Notes under the pieces: generated by a model
Database searches by the model: none
Told to the model about the DNA's origin: nothing
What the model saw: the letters and a program-made list of their open reading frames with translations, nothing else
NCBI GenBank assembly: GCA_965285935.1
Contig: OZ260663.1
Location: 55,056,001 to 55,120,000 of the forward strand
Direction of reading: 5' to 3'
Length of the DNA: 64,000 nt
From: Ophelia neglecta
Taxonomy: Eukaryota
Made by a program: the position numbers and the translations under genes
Shown here: in pieces, positions 41,601 through 56,600 of the stretch
Layout: each line of letters opens with the position of its first letter
How positions within the stretch are numbered: the first letter of the stretch is position 1

Positions 41601-44600
41601 TTTGATGCCTGGCCCACAAATTTGTGCCTGAGCCCGTTGCTACTTTAGCCCATAGGAGTATCAATAAGCAGCCCAGGTAGGGTGATTGACTGTCACATGA
41701 AAGGGAGAGGGTTTTTCTCCTCTGTTCATACCACTGCCCTCCCCACCAGAGACAAGCACCCTAGAAGAACCGAAGCCATCAGACAACAGCCTTTCTTGTC
41801 TGGCAGTGCCAACTATAACTATCATTCATCCTTATAATGGCCTCTATTCCCATCTGAAAGTATTCAACTAGACCAAGTAAACCTATTCCCATATCCACAA
41901 ATTATCAATACACTGACAGAGTTCCCATGTTTTTGTGTCAGTAAAAAAGTCAAAGACTTTTCTTGCATTTTATAATGTTAAAATTATGTTTTTCAAAGTG
42001 TACAGATAAATTTTGGTGTGTGGCCCTTTCTGTAAACTGGCTGTACCCGTATTTCAAAAGAAAAGGCTCCAGAAATTCCCGTTTCGCGCCCTTGCCATCA
42101 CTGAACATATTCCATTTTGTTCGGGATTGAAGACTTCACCAAAGCACTTGCCAATGGGCAGTTTTTAGTTGCATATCTGCATAATTTGTGAATCAGTAAA
42201 AAAAAAGTTGGTAACGGTAGCCAATGATGTGTGCCAATACTCCCTGTCGGAGATGACATCACTAAAGTTCAGCTCCTAATGTTGCAGGGCACAGCACTGC
42301 ATATGACTAGTCTACAATTTAAGTAGAGCTATGTTATAATGTGCAAAGCCTTTTTATACATTAATCATCTTCACATTTTTTGTTCTAGTCATTCAAAGGG
42401 TTGAGAGAAAATACCAGTTAAACAAATTCTCCATCTTAAATTCCCTTGCACAGCTGAAAATAGCCGTACCAAACTAGCTGCCCAGTGACTCTTTAATTGC
42501 AATCAGGCTTTTAAGGTGAGAAATATGGCTGTTGTTCAGAGGTATGAAACATCTCCCGGTGGGCCCTTTTGATGGACAAATCTGACATTCTATAAATTAA
42601 CAATTAACATCCAGCCGTGCAGATGCATGGATTGCAAAGGAGAAGGGTTTTCATTGGGAATTGGAAAGGTAGTGTAATAGTAATTAATGCAATAAAAATA
42701 AATGCAAACAAAAGGATGGTACACTAACAGCCAGTCACATTGGCTTTTGGTGTTTTTAGGACACGAATGCCAGGTTTTGGTACTTTGCTGACTTGGGAGT
42801 CCATGTACATTTGAGGGGTGATATCTTTGTGATTAAAGGGGCCTTGGAAGCTTTTGAATGATTCCTGGTTTTCAATGTATAGCTCTTTTCAACTACAACA
42901 GGTGTACTAAACCTGATTATGCGCTTGCTTCTGATGGAAAATATGATAGGCTCATTATTATTTAGATGAAAGAATAAAAAAATGAAAGCATTTAATATTC
43001 AAATATAAATGACTGTAAATATTAATAAATATTCATCAAACTATAGATATTTCCATGAAGAAAAACCAACTTACTGAGCCACTTTTTCTTCTTTTTGGTT
43101 CGGGAGTGAACTTTCCTCCACGGCCTGGAAATAAATATGTTCACATTGGTGTACAATGAACGAGCCCAAATAAAAATATATAACAAGACTTCCACTGACT
43201 TTTATACACATATTTTAGAGGTTACAGGAGGAAAATATTCAGTTGAGTAAAATTTTAGAAGTCCACTAGATTGATTGGCAAGGTAAAAAAAAAAGTGTAG
43301 CTATGTCACGGGTAAGCCTAGAGCTTAGTTTTGATGGGTATTAATTTGTCCTAGGAGACATTTATTTCATGTCATAGGTTTTCTGAATTTCAGGTGTAAA
43401 GAGTCCGGAAAAACTAGTTAACCTCTTGCCATATACACTGGCCGATTGGTAACCAGCACACCCGTTTTTCTGACACATAATTTGTCCTGAATCATTTCCT
43501 TTAGTTTTGATGTGAGCAGCGTGCCAGATGGCGTTTGGCCTTTTTGACTGACCTCTGTTGTGCAACATTTTTTCAGTGACTGTCTCATTTATCTTCCATA
43601 TATATACTGTCACAAAAACAAGAGTACAACAATGCTATGACGTGGACAATTGGCATGAAATCCTGGAGGTGAAGTATATTTGCCAGTGTAATAAAACAAA
43701 CAAATTTAATAAATTGTTCATTTTTTTGTCCAATGCCTATTTTTAAATGTACAAGTCACAAATTATAATTTATTAGCAAACTCCAATGATTTAGTACACA
43801 TGACTCTGGCTCCTCTTCTTGCTCATATTTTAAACTTTATTTCAGACCAAAACTGATCTGTTTAAAGCATGTGCAAACTAATTTGAAAAATCAGGTAGAC
43901 AGAAAAAAAATGCTCTAATATACTATAATGTGGTAATGGTATTTGGCTTGCTCTATAGAATTTTCATTGCAATTTATATCCTACAAATTTATGATATAAT
44001 GGCTAGCTCTAGTCATTTTATTGCAATTCATATCCTACTTTTCATATGTGATATGATATGATATGATGGCTGGCTCTAGTCACTCAATTGCATTGGGTGG
44101 TGCAGACAGTAAACAGTTCATCTTACATTTACAACATACAAAAGATACTTTAATGGAGTCTTATGTATTAATCTACCAAACACCTTAAGCTAGAGGTAGG
44201 GAGCAGTCCTAAAGAGTACATTAATGTCTATATAGTGTCTGTGTATTCTAGTAAAACGATAATGTAAAACAGTAATATAAAAAAAAACATGTTTTTTAAC
44301 TGGTAATTTAAGGCATCTGTGTACCATTTATTTTTTAATATATCTTCTGTATGATTGTCTGCCATGAGGTTCAAGGATTTAGGAGCAATTTAATAAATAA
44401 TTGGATAGTATACATTCTATGAGAGAATATTGATTGATTGATTTATATTTATGTAATTACATGATCATATATTTCCTTGTGGATAAGTAGGTTTCAAAAT
44501 TCTTTACCTCGCATTGATTCTTCTAACTTCCGACTACTAAATGGGTAATAAGGGGAGCCCGGCTTGTTACTCTGCATGTCAGGAGACATTGGCATATTAT

Positions 44601-47600
44601 TCATCATTCCCTGAAAAGATAAGATATAATATTACCAGTCATACATTCTGGGAAATGGTACACAAAGCCATTCCATAATGATGGTGGCAGTGCAATGATG
44701 TCCAGTTAACACTCAATGCTACAAAGCTAATTTGACAAGACAAATAAATAATAACACTTTCTAATCAGGTCACCATGCTGAAATCATTGGATAACTTTTT
44801 TCCTTTGTTGTTCCAATCCAAAAATATTTTCAGGTGCCATTTGGGGAAGGAAAATGCACATTGCATTGATTTTAAATTTATTTGACTGGAACCAAGGCAC
44901 TATTAAAATATGTTTATTCCAAAGGGAGAAACCTGGAGGTAAATGCTTGTTAACATTTTTTATAATAAGAAGCCAATACAATCTAAGTTGCCAGGACAGC
45001 GATGAATGATCTCGGAGGCTATCATAGAAACAAGACATTTTGATTGTAAAGGACATCATGATCTAGATATTGCATGACGACATAACATCAAAAGAAGTTT
45101 TTGCCTATAAGGAACTGTTAGAGCTGATAAAGCTAGGTATGTGATCCGAGTGCGGTACAACTACCTGGGGCAGGATCATACTAATCAATACACAACTGGG
45201 AGCAGATGGATAAAATATCAAAAGCTGTCCAAATGCTTTCACCAGTCAGGGAAACAAAATGACACGGAAGGCAAATGAAAGGGGTGCTCTTTAAACAATG
45301 ATAGACACAAGATCTTCTTAGTAAGGGCGAGAACATGGCATGACAGACTAACTTGTTGTAGATGTGGCGCAGGTGCCTCATGGCAGAGATCAATGCTACC
45401 TTAGGGCTAAAACCAATCCAACAAGATCACAAAATATCGTAACAGAGCTGGTAACTTTATCCCTGGCAGTGAAGTCTGAATTAGTCTGATCTTCTGACTG
45501 ATACGAGTCCCACAATGGTATCCCCCTCTGTTATTGTGAGAGTCACACATGCTTTCATACACTAAATTTGATCTTACATCAAACATCAACAACAATGCAT
45601 CTGAATATACTAACTTTTCAAAACTTCCACACTACATAAACAAATTCAATGACAAAATAAATTAATTCTTACTTGTGGCACATATATCCTTGGATAGAGA
45701 TATATCCAGTTATGACAAATGCTTGACATTGGGTACATTACCAACTTTACTGCTGGATCAAAAAAAAAAAAAAAAGCAGCCAGCAGGATTTTTAAAAAAG
45801 AATATATGTCAGTAATAATCGTTTCACTTAGAGCAGCCCTGTACAAAGCATACAGTTTCAGATCCGAGTGCTGTCAAAAAGGCAGTCAGCCTCAGGACAC
45901 ATCTTCCTATGACTTCCTGCAACTCTCTTTTAGGTTCAGATGTCCACTGTGGGCTTTCCAAGTAAGCTGAACAAAAGACTCAGCTCAAACAGTCCTTAGC
46001 TCTCATTTGTACCTCACTATATCAAAAACATACATTTATCTCGATGCATCAAAGATCTGCCCTGCACAACAGAGAAATTTATCACACTACGGCAAATAAA
46101 TGGTGATGGTGGTTGGACGTTGTTCCCCCTGCGGCCCGTATATCATTGCCTAAGCTCAGGTGTGGCTGATCTTTTAATAATCATCTCTCATCCAAAGGAG
46201 ATGCATAATCATCACTTCTGTGACACAGCTTCTGAGGCAGGCAAGATATTTATTACCATAATCAGGCCTTTGATTCGTTGACATTACTGTTCCGGATTTT
46301 TACCTGCAGGATAATTATGGTGTTGCCCAACATTGTTGTAGACAGTAGCTATCCTCGGACATTACATAAAAGGCCACTGATTAAAATAAGGTGATCTAAT
46401 CATAGGGATGGACACAATTGATTACTTCTTGTCGCCTTAATTTCATTAAAAGTCAGGCAATTTTTTCTACCTGTTTATTATTTCTTGCTTGATTTTGACA
46501 TAATTTTCTGCCAGCTACCTATCCATTTCTTTATTTCAATAAAAAGATCAAAATAGTTTCATATGTGTAATAAAACAGTTTCCTTGTTTCATGTAACAGC
46601 ATACATAATAATGCCTGTGCTGAATAATCATCAGTCCATGAATAATATTGACAGAACCTTCATGTCTAAGATGTAAACGTGTCCTTGCTGTTAAAAATGA
46701 GTACTTGCAAGCTGTGACAGATTCCATCTGTCACCACTGACCACTTCTTCTTGATCCTCCCAACTGAAGACAAACTACCATCACTGTTATATAAAGTTAA
46801 TGACTCCACCCAAAACACTGCTCTACAGTATACTAGTAAATATGTCATAATGAACTGAGTCTGACATTAAACATATTAAGTATTAAACTAAACAGGCAGA
46901 GACAACAATTTCTTTGATTTCATGATGAATAAACCTTTTTTGACTCGAGAGGTAATTTCTGAGTAAATTTTTCACTGTAAGAAGGAGTAAATACAAAGTG
47001 GTAATTTTACCAGAAATATAACAGATTTAGGAAAATAGTATATTAAATTATTACTATAATTTCTCTCCCAAAGACAGACTATGCTATTCATTATTTCCTA
47101 CTGGTCAATCTTGCAGTGTTGAGGACAAAGCCAGGATCAGGAGGGCATACTGCCCCAAACCACTGCAGCCACCACTCTTTGGTGGCTTCCCTCCGGCTTC
47201 TGGCCATCTAAACAAACATATCACCTTTACTACTGGAACTTTGATAGGTAGTTTGGGCAATATGGCACGCCATGTACATAACCATATCAAAGGCCCTCCT
47301 CCCAGAAATATTGTATACCACCACAATAATATCATAATCTGCACCATATGTCAAAACAAAGCCCTGTAGAGGTGTTTATTTGGATTTTGTCACTGCAGAG
47401 GAGGACAGGCCAGATTCAGCAAGATTGGAGGCTGCTCCCCATGTAAATAAAGGGTATGGGGGGTCCAAAGGGTGCAAGCCACACACATACAATTAAACTG
47501 CATTCTGCTAGAAATGATCATATGCTACCCAGACTAAATTTTCTATTTTCAAGAAAAAGAAGTTTATTCAAGTGTTCACAAACAATCTTCACTGATAAAT

Positions 47601-50600
47601 TAACCTTTAACAATAAGAGGAAATAAGCACTCTTCAGGTGAAAATGATTAGAATGAACAAAAAAAAAACATTTAGGAAAGAATACCACATTTTTCACATT
47701 TTCAGTTAGAATAAATCATGCTTTCAATCCATTAAGCCAAGGCTACAAATTTAGTTTATATAATTTATTATTTGTTATTTAATGCAAAACATGTCTGGTG
47801 AGTTGTGCATTTGTACAGAGAATAAATCTAAGTTTACACTAAGCTGTAGTTAGACGCCAAGTAAGCAGACGATGAAAGCCGCTTTCTGGACTCAGGTGTG
47901 CATGGCCATTACTTAATCTAATTAAAGGAGGCAGAGCGTCCTCACTCCAGACCACACAATGCCTCCAAACTCCTCACCAAATCCTTTATCACACAAATTA
48001 TTGATAATTCCCTGTTTCAATATATCAAAGACTTATTAGCTGCTCCTTTAATATTTGTTTCTTTATGATATCAGGACCTGCTTTACGGGTCTGAAGGAGC
48101 ACGTTATTAGGCTTAGAGGGTCGATTTTCTCTGGTAATAGTATCTAATTTGCGCACCCCTCAATCAGCCGAGCGACCTATTCGTTTTCAAAGAGCATTCA
48201 TTGTTGACAGCGCATGATAAAAATAACAATTACCAAACGACAACAAAGCCAATGGACTGCGCAATGGGGAGATGAGCCAGCTATTGTCCTGCCATTTAAT
48301 TGGTACTTGATTAAAACGCTTCCGAACGCTTCCAAACGGATTCCGGATGAATAGTTTGGGAAGAAGAGGACTGACTGTGTAGAAGCTGTAAATCACCCAG
48401 TTAATCAGAAGGGGCGAGGGTGGATGATGCTAATCTCAATAACTACACTGATTCACCCAATCATATTCAATCAAACTAAGCTACCAGTGAGGTCAGCCGG
48501 TGGGGTCGGCCGACCAGTCATTATCAATCCAGTCAAAGTGAGGAGAAAACAACTCTGATTATCACCCTCTGATTGATGACAATAAATTACACTTCATAAA
48601 CCATAATTATACTGACAAAACTTCCCCATTGTTGTCAAATAAAAGTGGCACTAATTGTCTGCATACAAATAGTCTTAGGTAATAAAGAATTTTCTGGAAT
48701 AAGTTTTGTCAAATTGATAGGTACTATTTTGTGCTTTAAATATAGCATGATTCTGAGGTTTTTTATCCTCTGTCAATACTGTTTTGTATGAAAATAAAAT
48801 GACAAAACATTAAGAAAACTTTACAGTGTGATGGTATCATTCATTGGCCATACAAGCTGAGTAGAGTGTGTTGCCAGCGAAAGCTTTGCACAGTTTTGTA
48901 AGTTAACACTGTAATGTGCTGCCCTCTGGAGAACATCACTATAACCAGTTTGTTAGAGGTAGTAGTATGCAAGATTCACAACACTGTCAGGGAGTTTGCG
49001 GCAAGCCCGCTCGTAGGGAATCCAAATTCTAAAGATAAAACTTTCTGAAACTTGGAAGATTAAAGATTTTTTTTTACAAAGAACATAAATGCATATTAGC
49101 TAGTCCATTTCTCTCCACAAGTACCTGTTCCTATACATACATACATGTATCATGGCAGTTGTGAAGCAAATTTAGAGCTAAGGACTGGGGACAGATTGCC
49201 AGTAAGTGACCTTATAAAAGTCAAGTGATGGGTTTCAAGTAGCCTGGCCAAAGATCACACAAGTGTGATCTCCACTTGGCCCTCAGTGGGAGTAGTATTC
49301 ACCCTTGGGGCTGTGAGATAATAAATGTCAAGAAGAAAGTTCTCATACTGCACTGACCCCATCCCCCACCCTCCGATACACACAGTTTACTTGCCATATG
49401 ACAACTGACCACTGCTCCATGACAGTGTTTTCCCAAGTGGTTTTACAGTAAGGCACATTATAAACAGCTCCATTGTAGGGGGACCCCTCCCTGGGTAGTG
49501 GCTCCTTACAACTGTCAGACTCTAGTAAATACTAGCGAGCAGGCCCTGGGGCAGTGCTGTAGTATAGTGGCAGCATGGGACAGATAAACAAATACAGGTA
49601 ACCCCAGCACAGGCCAAGTATCAGGTGCTCCCCCTCTACAAGCTGCCACTTGTAAAGCATTGAGACAGCTGTCCCCACACTACCAGATAAACACACAGTT
49701 CTCATAGTGCCAAGACATTGGCAGACAACAGACCCAAGTACATTCAGTTGGAAGTAAATTCAGAACTTAATTCAGTTAAGTACATTATGTAGCTACAGGT
49801 AGCCATTCTTCCTGGTAACAGGCATTTATCAATATTAAGGATTCAATATATAACATTATTATATGATAAAATGATACCATACCCACCTGCTTACTTCAGT
49901 GCCTATTGAATAGTTTTTACAAACATCATTAAAAATACTCCTTCTGATCATGATTGGAACAAATTCATATTGAGCATAGGGTACATTTCATATGCTGAAG
50001 GACAACAGGACTAGCATAAAGCATGTCAGGGAGATACAACAAGAATGGAGCCAGGCCCCATCTGGTTGTCCAAGGCCAAGCGACCAGGCTCAACGAGCCT
50101 AAACCAAAAAACAAACCAGTTGCACACAACCTTCTACTTGAAAACTGTCGAGAGTGATGGGAAAATATTCATATAATACTCTGACATCTTTGGAAATTGG
50201 TGAAGGGTTTATCAGCAGGATAAAACATCCATTGTGGAGACAAATTATTTGGGAGAGAATCTAGAAAACATTGATAAGTATGAATGAGAAGGGGTTGCAA
50301 TCTTATCGTGGCAAGTGCAGATGGAGTACAAGTATTTGACGTGGCACAGAGCTTGTGATCACTAACACTTAGGGGGGAGAGGGGTGCTCCAGGCTACAGC
50401 CAGGGCCATGTGCTGTAGTTGGAGACCTGACTTTGTGCAGATACCAATCCAGTCCTTACCCACACGGCCATATTGGAATTGTCAGCCCAGGCAGGCCTAA
50501 CAAATCTACACAGATTGCTGCCGATTACCCTCCTAACACTGGTGCACACACCAGCCAGCATCTTGAGATGGCCTACTTTTAAAACTCAACTGGCATAGAC

Positions 50601-53600
50601 CAGCACTGCATCAGAGCAGGCCTGTTTAAAAAAACACTGGTAAAAAGTTTGAAACAGACCAAACTTGTGTGTACAGCAGTACAAACTCCAGACTCTGATC
50701 GCCAGCAGTCTTAACAGAGAGCAGTCGCTGAGACAAACGGAAACACTCCACCGAATTGGCAGAAAACAAGTACCTTATCTCGGCAGCCGTAAATGAAAAT
50801 ATCAATGGAAAGAGTGGGGTGCAGGTGTTTGTGGCTAGAAGCCTGTGGAAATGCCACCAAGCAATGAAACACAGGTAATATGAACAAAATTGCAGCAAAT
50901 CTACAGGAGTTGGCCATCACCATGTAAATGAAGCCTAGAGAGCACACATGGCATGAGGAGGAGGAGGCCTCCTCTGTATTGCACCTGAACATCCCAAGAA
51001 GCCGACACATTTAATAGATCTGAGGTCTGTTAGCAAATAAATTACCAACACTTCGCACTCCTTGACAAATTTAACTGGTTTCTTTTGCACCAAGTCTGTT
51101 TTTATATCTGCCAAAAATCAACGTTTGCCCCCTTGAGAAAGGTTGTTTAGAAATATACTTCCTTGGTAAATGTTTTAAAAATATGATGTGATACAAATAC
51201 CAGTAAAATATTAACACATAGCTCAAGAGTTATTTTAAGCACAAACTATATTAGTTAAGGATTATTTAATCGAAGCCATCTGTCATTATCCTAAACACAT
51301 CATGCACCAGGTGCCCAAATTGATAATATCAATATGTTTTCAAATCCTGTTTTTATGATTTGGTAAAAGCTGGGCTGATTAAAGATTGGCATTTCCCTGC
51401 CTGGCCCCGGCAGAGCTACCAGGAGAAGACAGCGTGCAAACAAATATAGTATTAGATGTATCACTTATGTTCTTCCTGCACAGAAGATAGTTGTGTTAGC
51501 TCTATGATGTGGTTACTATCTATAATTCATGAACAGATTATGTAAGAAGAATCCAATGATTTCATTTATTTCAAGGCATTATCACCCAGCACCATCTGCA
51601 GTGTGCACTTTATAAAAAGATATCGCAAATTTACTGAAGAGAACTTGATAGTTTTATGAACTGATCCATTATAAAATCATTTTTCAGACTGACTTCAACC
51701 AGTGACAACTTTCAGGGAGTGCCCTGACAAAAGATAACATCAGTCTGATGATTAAGGAGCCTGGGTATTACTTCTCAATCTAATTGCATTTTCATCAGTT
51801 AGTTTTGTTTTCTAACTTGTGAAAAATAAATAGAAACAACACTAGATGGTATTGTATTGAACAAATACCATTGTCTGCTTTCTTTGTGACTCACGTACAA
51901 AAAAAAAAAAAAAAAAAAAAAAGTAAAAATGAGACATATATAAAATTCATACTTTAACTTCAATTTTTCAACAACATATATTGTAAAAAAAAATTGTTCT
52001 TTTTTCAAAGCAACATAAATATTAATTTGGTTTAAACTTACCTGGGGGTCTCTAGAGTATCTAGATGTATAAGGCATCTCATTATTACTTTTGTTATCTG
52101 AAAAATAGAACCAAGTTTACAATGATTAGGAACAAGAGGTCATTTATGAATATGAAGACACCCCTTCAATAAATAAGAACATGTACTAATAAAAGATAAT
52201 AATAAGGCATGTCATATTTCAAAATATTTAAGTTATATGGAGATACTGAATGAATTTACAAGTTAACAAATTTATTCCAGACATTAACATTTCCCCTGTT
52301 TATTGATTAGCTTTGCACAAGATACTTGGTTGTAACATTATACTGGTGCCAAATAAATAATAATATCTGGATTAGGTTAATGTCATGGATTCCCTGGCTC
52401 TGCCCATTCTCAAAATATCACACATTTGAAGGGGTAAGGGTTAATGATGACAGTGTTCATTGGTGCGGTTTTGGTTGTATTGTTTCACCAGACATAGGAG
52501 CCCAGGGAGTGGAGCAAGTTGGAGAGTGGAGCAAGGCGATAGGCACATCACCCCAAACATCTATCACCCCTCCCCAGCTCAGACAATGACAAAACAATCT
52601 AAACCTAAACCAATTACGATGACAACCAAACATGATCGATTGGAAATTTATGGCTTTTTAACCAGGTTTTATTGCCCAGGACCAGCTAGAGGGAAGGGAC
52701 ATTTAGGCCAAGACAAAACATCATTATACCCATTGAAAATTACCCATCTTGATATGAGAACATCATTTCTTCCACCCTCCTGCTGGATCTAATTATCAGA
52801 GGGCAGATTTCTGATCAAATACCCACACATTCTTGCTGATAATCAGTTTATCAGTAATAAATTATATCTTTATTGCTGAAAAGTAAGACACTTTATTGTT
52901 GACAAATGGACCATCTAGATTCAACACAAAGAGGTATTCCTGATTCTGTTTGGTTCCTACCACAGTTGGAGAGCTCACCATTTAATCAGGTCAAAAGAAT
53001 GTGCTCACTGCTCCCTACTAGGAAAATTACAACTGCAGTGGGGAGTTATGAAATATAAATATGAAATAAACTGTCCCTTGATGTAGACAGAAGGCCAATT
53101 AGCTCGGTTAGCCTCCTTAAAAACTACGATGTTCATTTGCAGTGCCATCGCAGTGGGACTATCTGTAAAATTAAATAAAGGCGGTTTGCATGTTGGGAAT
53201 AGAGAAGAGTGTCTGTACAATGTTTGGTCCAATTTGCTGCCAGCAGTCTGACAAGTTTACATGACCATCTCCACTGTGGCCAACCAAGTAGTGTCATAAA
53301 ATATTACTGCCGGGGCACAATGTGCCCACCTAAACCTGACTAACACCCACCAGCCACCATTATTAACCTGCAAACTAGTGGCACAACAGTAAACTACCAG
53401 TGTGATCAACACACCCCAAATACAGGTCACATAATTGCCTTGCTTCGGAACAAACTTGGACTAAAACTTTTCCCAGCAGACTGCTGGGAAAGTAGTCTGC
53501 ACAGGTTTTAGATTGTGTTTTACTGTGTTATAACACAAATCAGGCAGGATGAGCAACTAGCGCTGGCTGTAATGGGCTCCAGAACAATAAACAGCCTACC

Positions 53601-56600
53601 CGGCAATTCAGTTTTCTCATTGGTTGCAATCTTCCAAACTGATCATACAGAATTATGGCTAGGAGTTGATCTTCCAAAAGCTAAGCCACAAGCATTGTGT
53701 TAGTCAGTGTACCTTGTAGGCTGGGAGATTCGCCCTGTTCTGAGCACCAAGTTCCCAAAAAACAATGGCCCAAGTTTCATTAAATCTTGCGCCAACAGAA
53801 GAAATCATTTCCACATATCAATAATTTATGAGGCAGCCTGATCAGGGTCCACCTTCAATTTCCTGTGACTCATGAGACCTCTAGGCCTACAGGCTCCACA
53901 CATAGACACACCATAATTTGCAATTGGAACAAAAACTAGCTTCCCCTGGCCACCTCAATTGACAGGGCTGTCAAAGTCCGGTCCAGGGGTAATCCGTGGG
54001 GGAGAGAGAAGGGGAGAGCTAATCTCCCAATGTCGCTGAACAGAATCACCAAACTTGCCACAAACCTGGCAAATCCCCAAGGCATTATTATCAACTAGAT
54101 CAAGGCCCAGTCAAACATACTCTTGAAGTCTTGCTTCTTACAGATTGTAATTCAAAAGTTTAGGCACACTGGAGTTATATCTTTAAAAAGCCTTGAATGA
54201 TCTGTATATAGATTAAATTGTACCTTCAAAAGACTAGTCAAATCCATAGCATACACAGGGCAAACTCATGGTATACATGTTATATATAAATAAGGACACA
54301 CATGGACAAAATCTGAGCTGGGCCTCAAACATTTCCTTTGTGTAAACAAAACTAGACATCGTATTTGACAAGATAAATGTGAAACTCTTACTCATTAAAG
54401 AAGGCATATCACTGGTCATAAAAGGGCTCATGTTGTCATTTGGCATCTGGCCGTTGTAGTTCTGATTTTCATATATCTGGAAAAGTAAACAGCATTCATA
54501 GGGCACAAATTTCTATGTTCAAACAATATCCACAGTCAATATTATTCATACCAAATGGAATTAACAAAATATGGATGAAAGGCCTTTCAAAAAATGTCAG
54601 AAATGCTTTTGATAATAATTATGAGAAAACACAGACAGGTGGTGGGAATTTTAAATCAAAGCTAGAAATAAATGAAATGTGCAATATCTTATTGATGAGC
54701 CAAGATCTATAGGTAAGCTCCCATAATTTAGCACCTCTTTTCATTGGAACTGGTGGTTGCAAAAGCACTCGGTTTCCTACTTATTTCACAAATGCTTTCA
54801 CATCATGTTTTTTTTATAAAATGTAAGACAATCATTATTTTTATATGCATAGCTTCTTTCCATAACAACTCATTTAACTGTGTCTTAACGGTGATTTATT
54901 TGTTATAAGCTGTGTCAGCCAGCCTCTGCTGTACACTTACCCTCTGTTCGTAGCTGGGATTCTGGTGGTTCCAGCCTGGTCCAGGGCCATCCCCTCCTCC
55001 ACCACCTCCCCCTCCAGGTCCACCCCCAGGTCCACCTGAACCATCACCCATACCTGCAACATAAGAAATCACTGGGTAATGTTCATGTACATAAATTAAA
55101 TATCCACCATCTGTATGACATAATGGCAGGCTTCATATCTCCATTATAGTCACCTTAAGTTCTAAATATATTTTAACAAAATCTTGTTATACATATATAT
55201 TTTGCAGATAACACATTTTGTTTGAATATATAAATATTTTAATGTTTTACATTTTTTTGCAAACATTAAAACAAATAGTTTTTTAATGTCATTTCTTTTC
55301 AAGCTTGATTCATACAACAGGGGATATATGTTCCCAATTCTAAAACAACTTTTGGTTCTTATCAGTTATAATAAAGACAGTTTTTATGTGTACCCAAGTC
55401 TGGCTTAAACATTTATGTGAAATGTGCAAATATCAGATGAGAGTGGATTATCAGCCCAATAAAACAATACATTCTTACACCAGTACATCAAAGGGCAAAG
55501 GCGAGCAGCACACTTCTCATACACCTACACAAATAACTTATTTGCTTTGGGCTCAATTGACAAACTAATCTGGCCATCTCAGGTCAAAATCATCCTATGT
55601 CAGAGTCCAACACTGACCGGCAGACAAGGAAGGAGTTATTAATACTGAAATCCTCATAACACATAAAGCATATTTCTAACCATGTAGACAGACTTTATGA
55701 AATTCATATAAACCTGCATACATCATATCCTTGAGATATGCAGCAGACGATGCCGTCGTCAATACATAATAAGCAGTACATTATGTTCAGCGGAAGCATA
55801 CAAAGTTTCAAAAATTATCGCATATATTTCTGGAAAATTTTGCTTATCTCAATACAGTTATTTGATCTCAGCAAAAGCTGCAAAAAGCAAAAAAACGGTA
55901 AATCAGCTCTACTCAATTCGTGTTAGCTTAGCTTTGTTTGCTGGTTTCTTCATTTTAAGGCTCATACAGAAATTAAATTCAAACCCATTTGTTAATTTTA
56001 TACATGTCAATCAGCCTAAGGGTGTTTTAGCTGGTTACACATAAACAACTATTTTTTCATGTGAGAGCCGTTTAATATTTAAAAAAAAAACTATAATGTA
56101 TAACTGAGCATAATTAATAATACATATTATTCGTAAGGTATGTATAATGATAAATATCACATGCTATTTGTTGTCCCTTACACACAAAAATACCTGTGTT
56201 TCACCAAGACAACCCAAATGGGTAAAAACTAGATAATTGTAACTACGTGATCTATTCACATGTTGTAAAAATGTCAAAAGAATTCAACAATGTGTCTAAA
56301 GACTCAGAGGTTATGTAAATAACAAAACAATTAATGCATTTATGGGTTTTATTTTATTTGTTTGTCTGTAAAATTTGGCATTATACATGACATCATGTTA
56401 TTTCATTATTTCAAAGCACCCTTTATCAATCTTTTGTCACTGATTTTTTTGCAAAATGATCAGGTATCAACTATTGTACCAAACACAAGTTTGTAACAAC
56501 CCATTTTCAATTAAATTAATTCAATCTAAGTACATAGTGAGTCTTTTTTTAGGTTTTTGATCTGTTATAAGAGGATAGAGCTGGGCCGGATATTGTCTAG

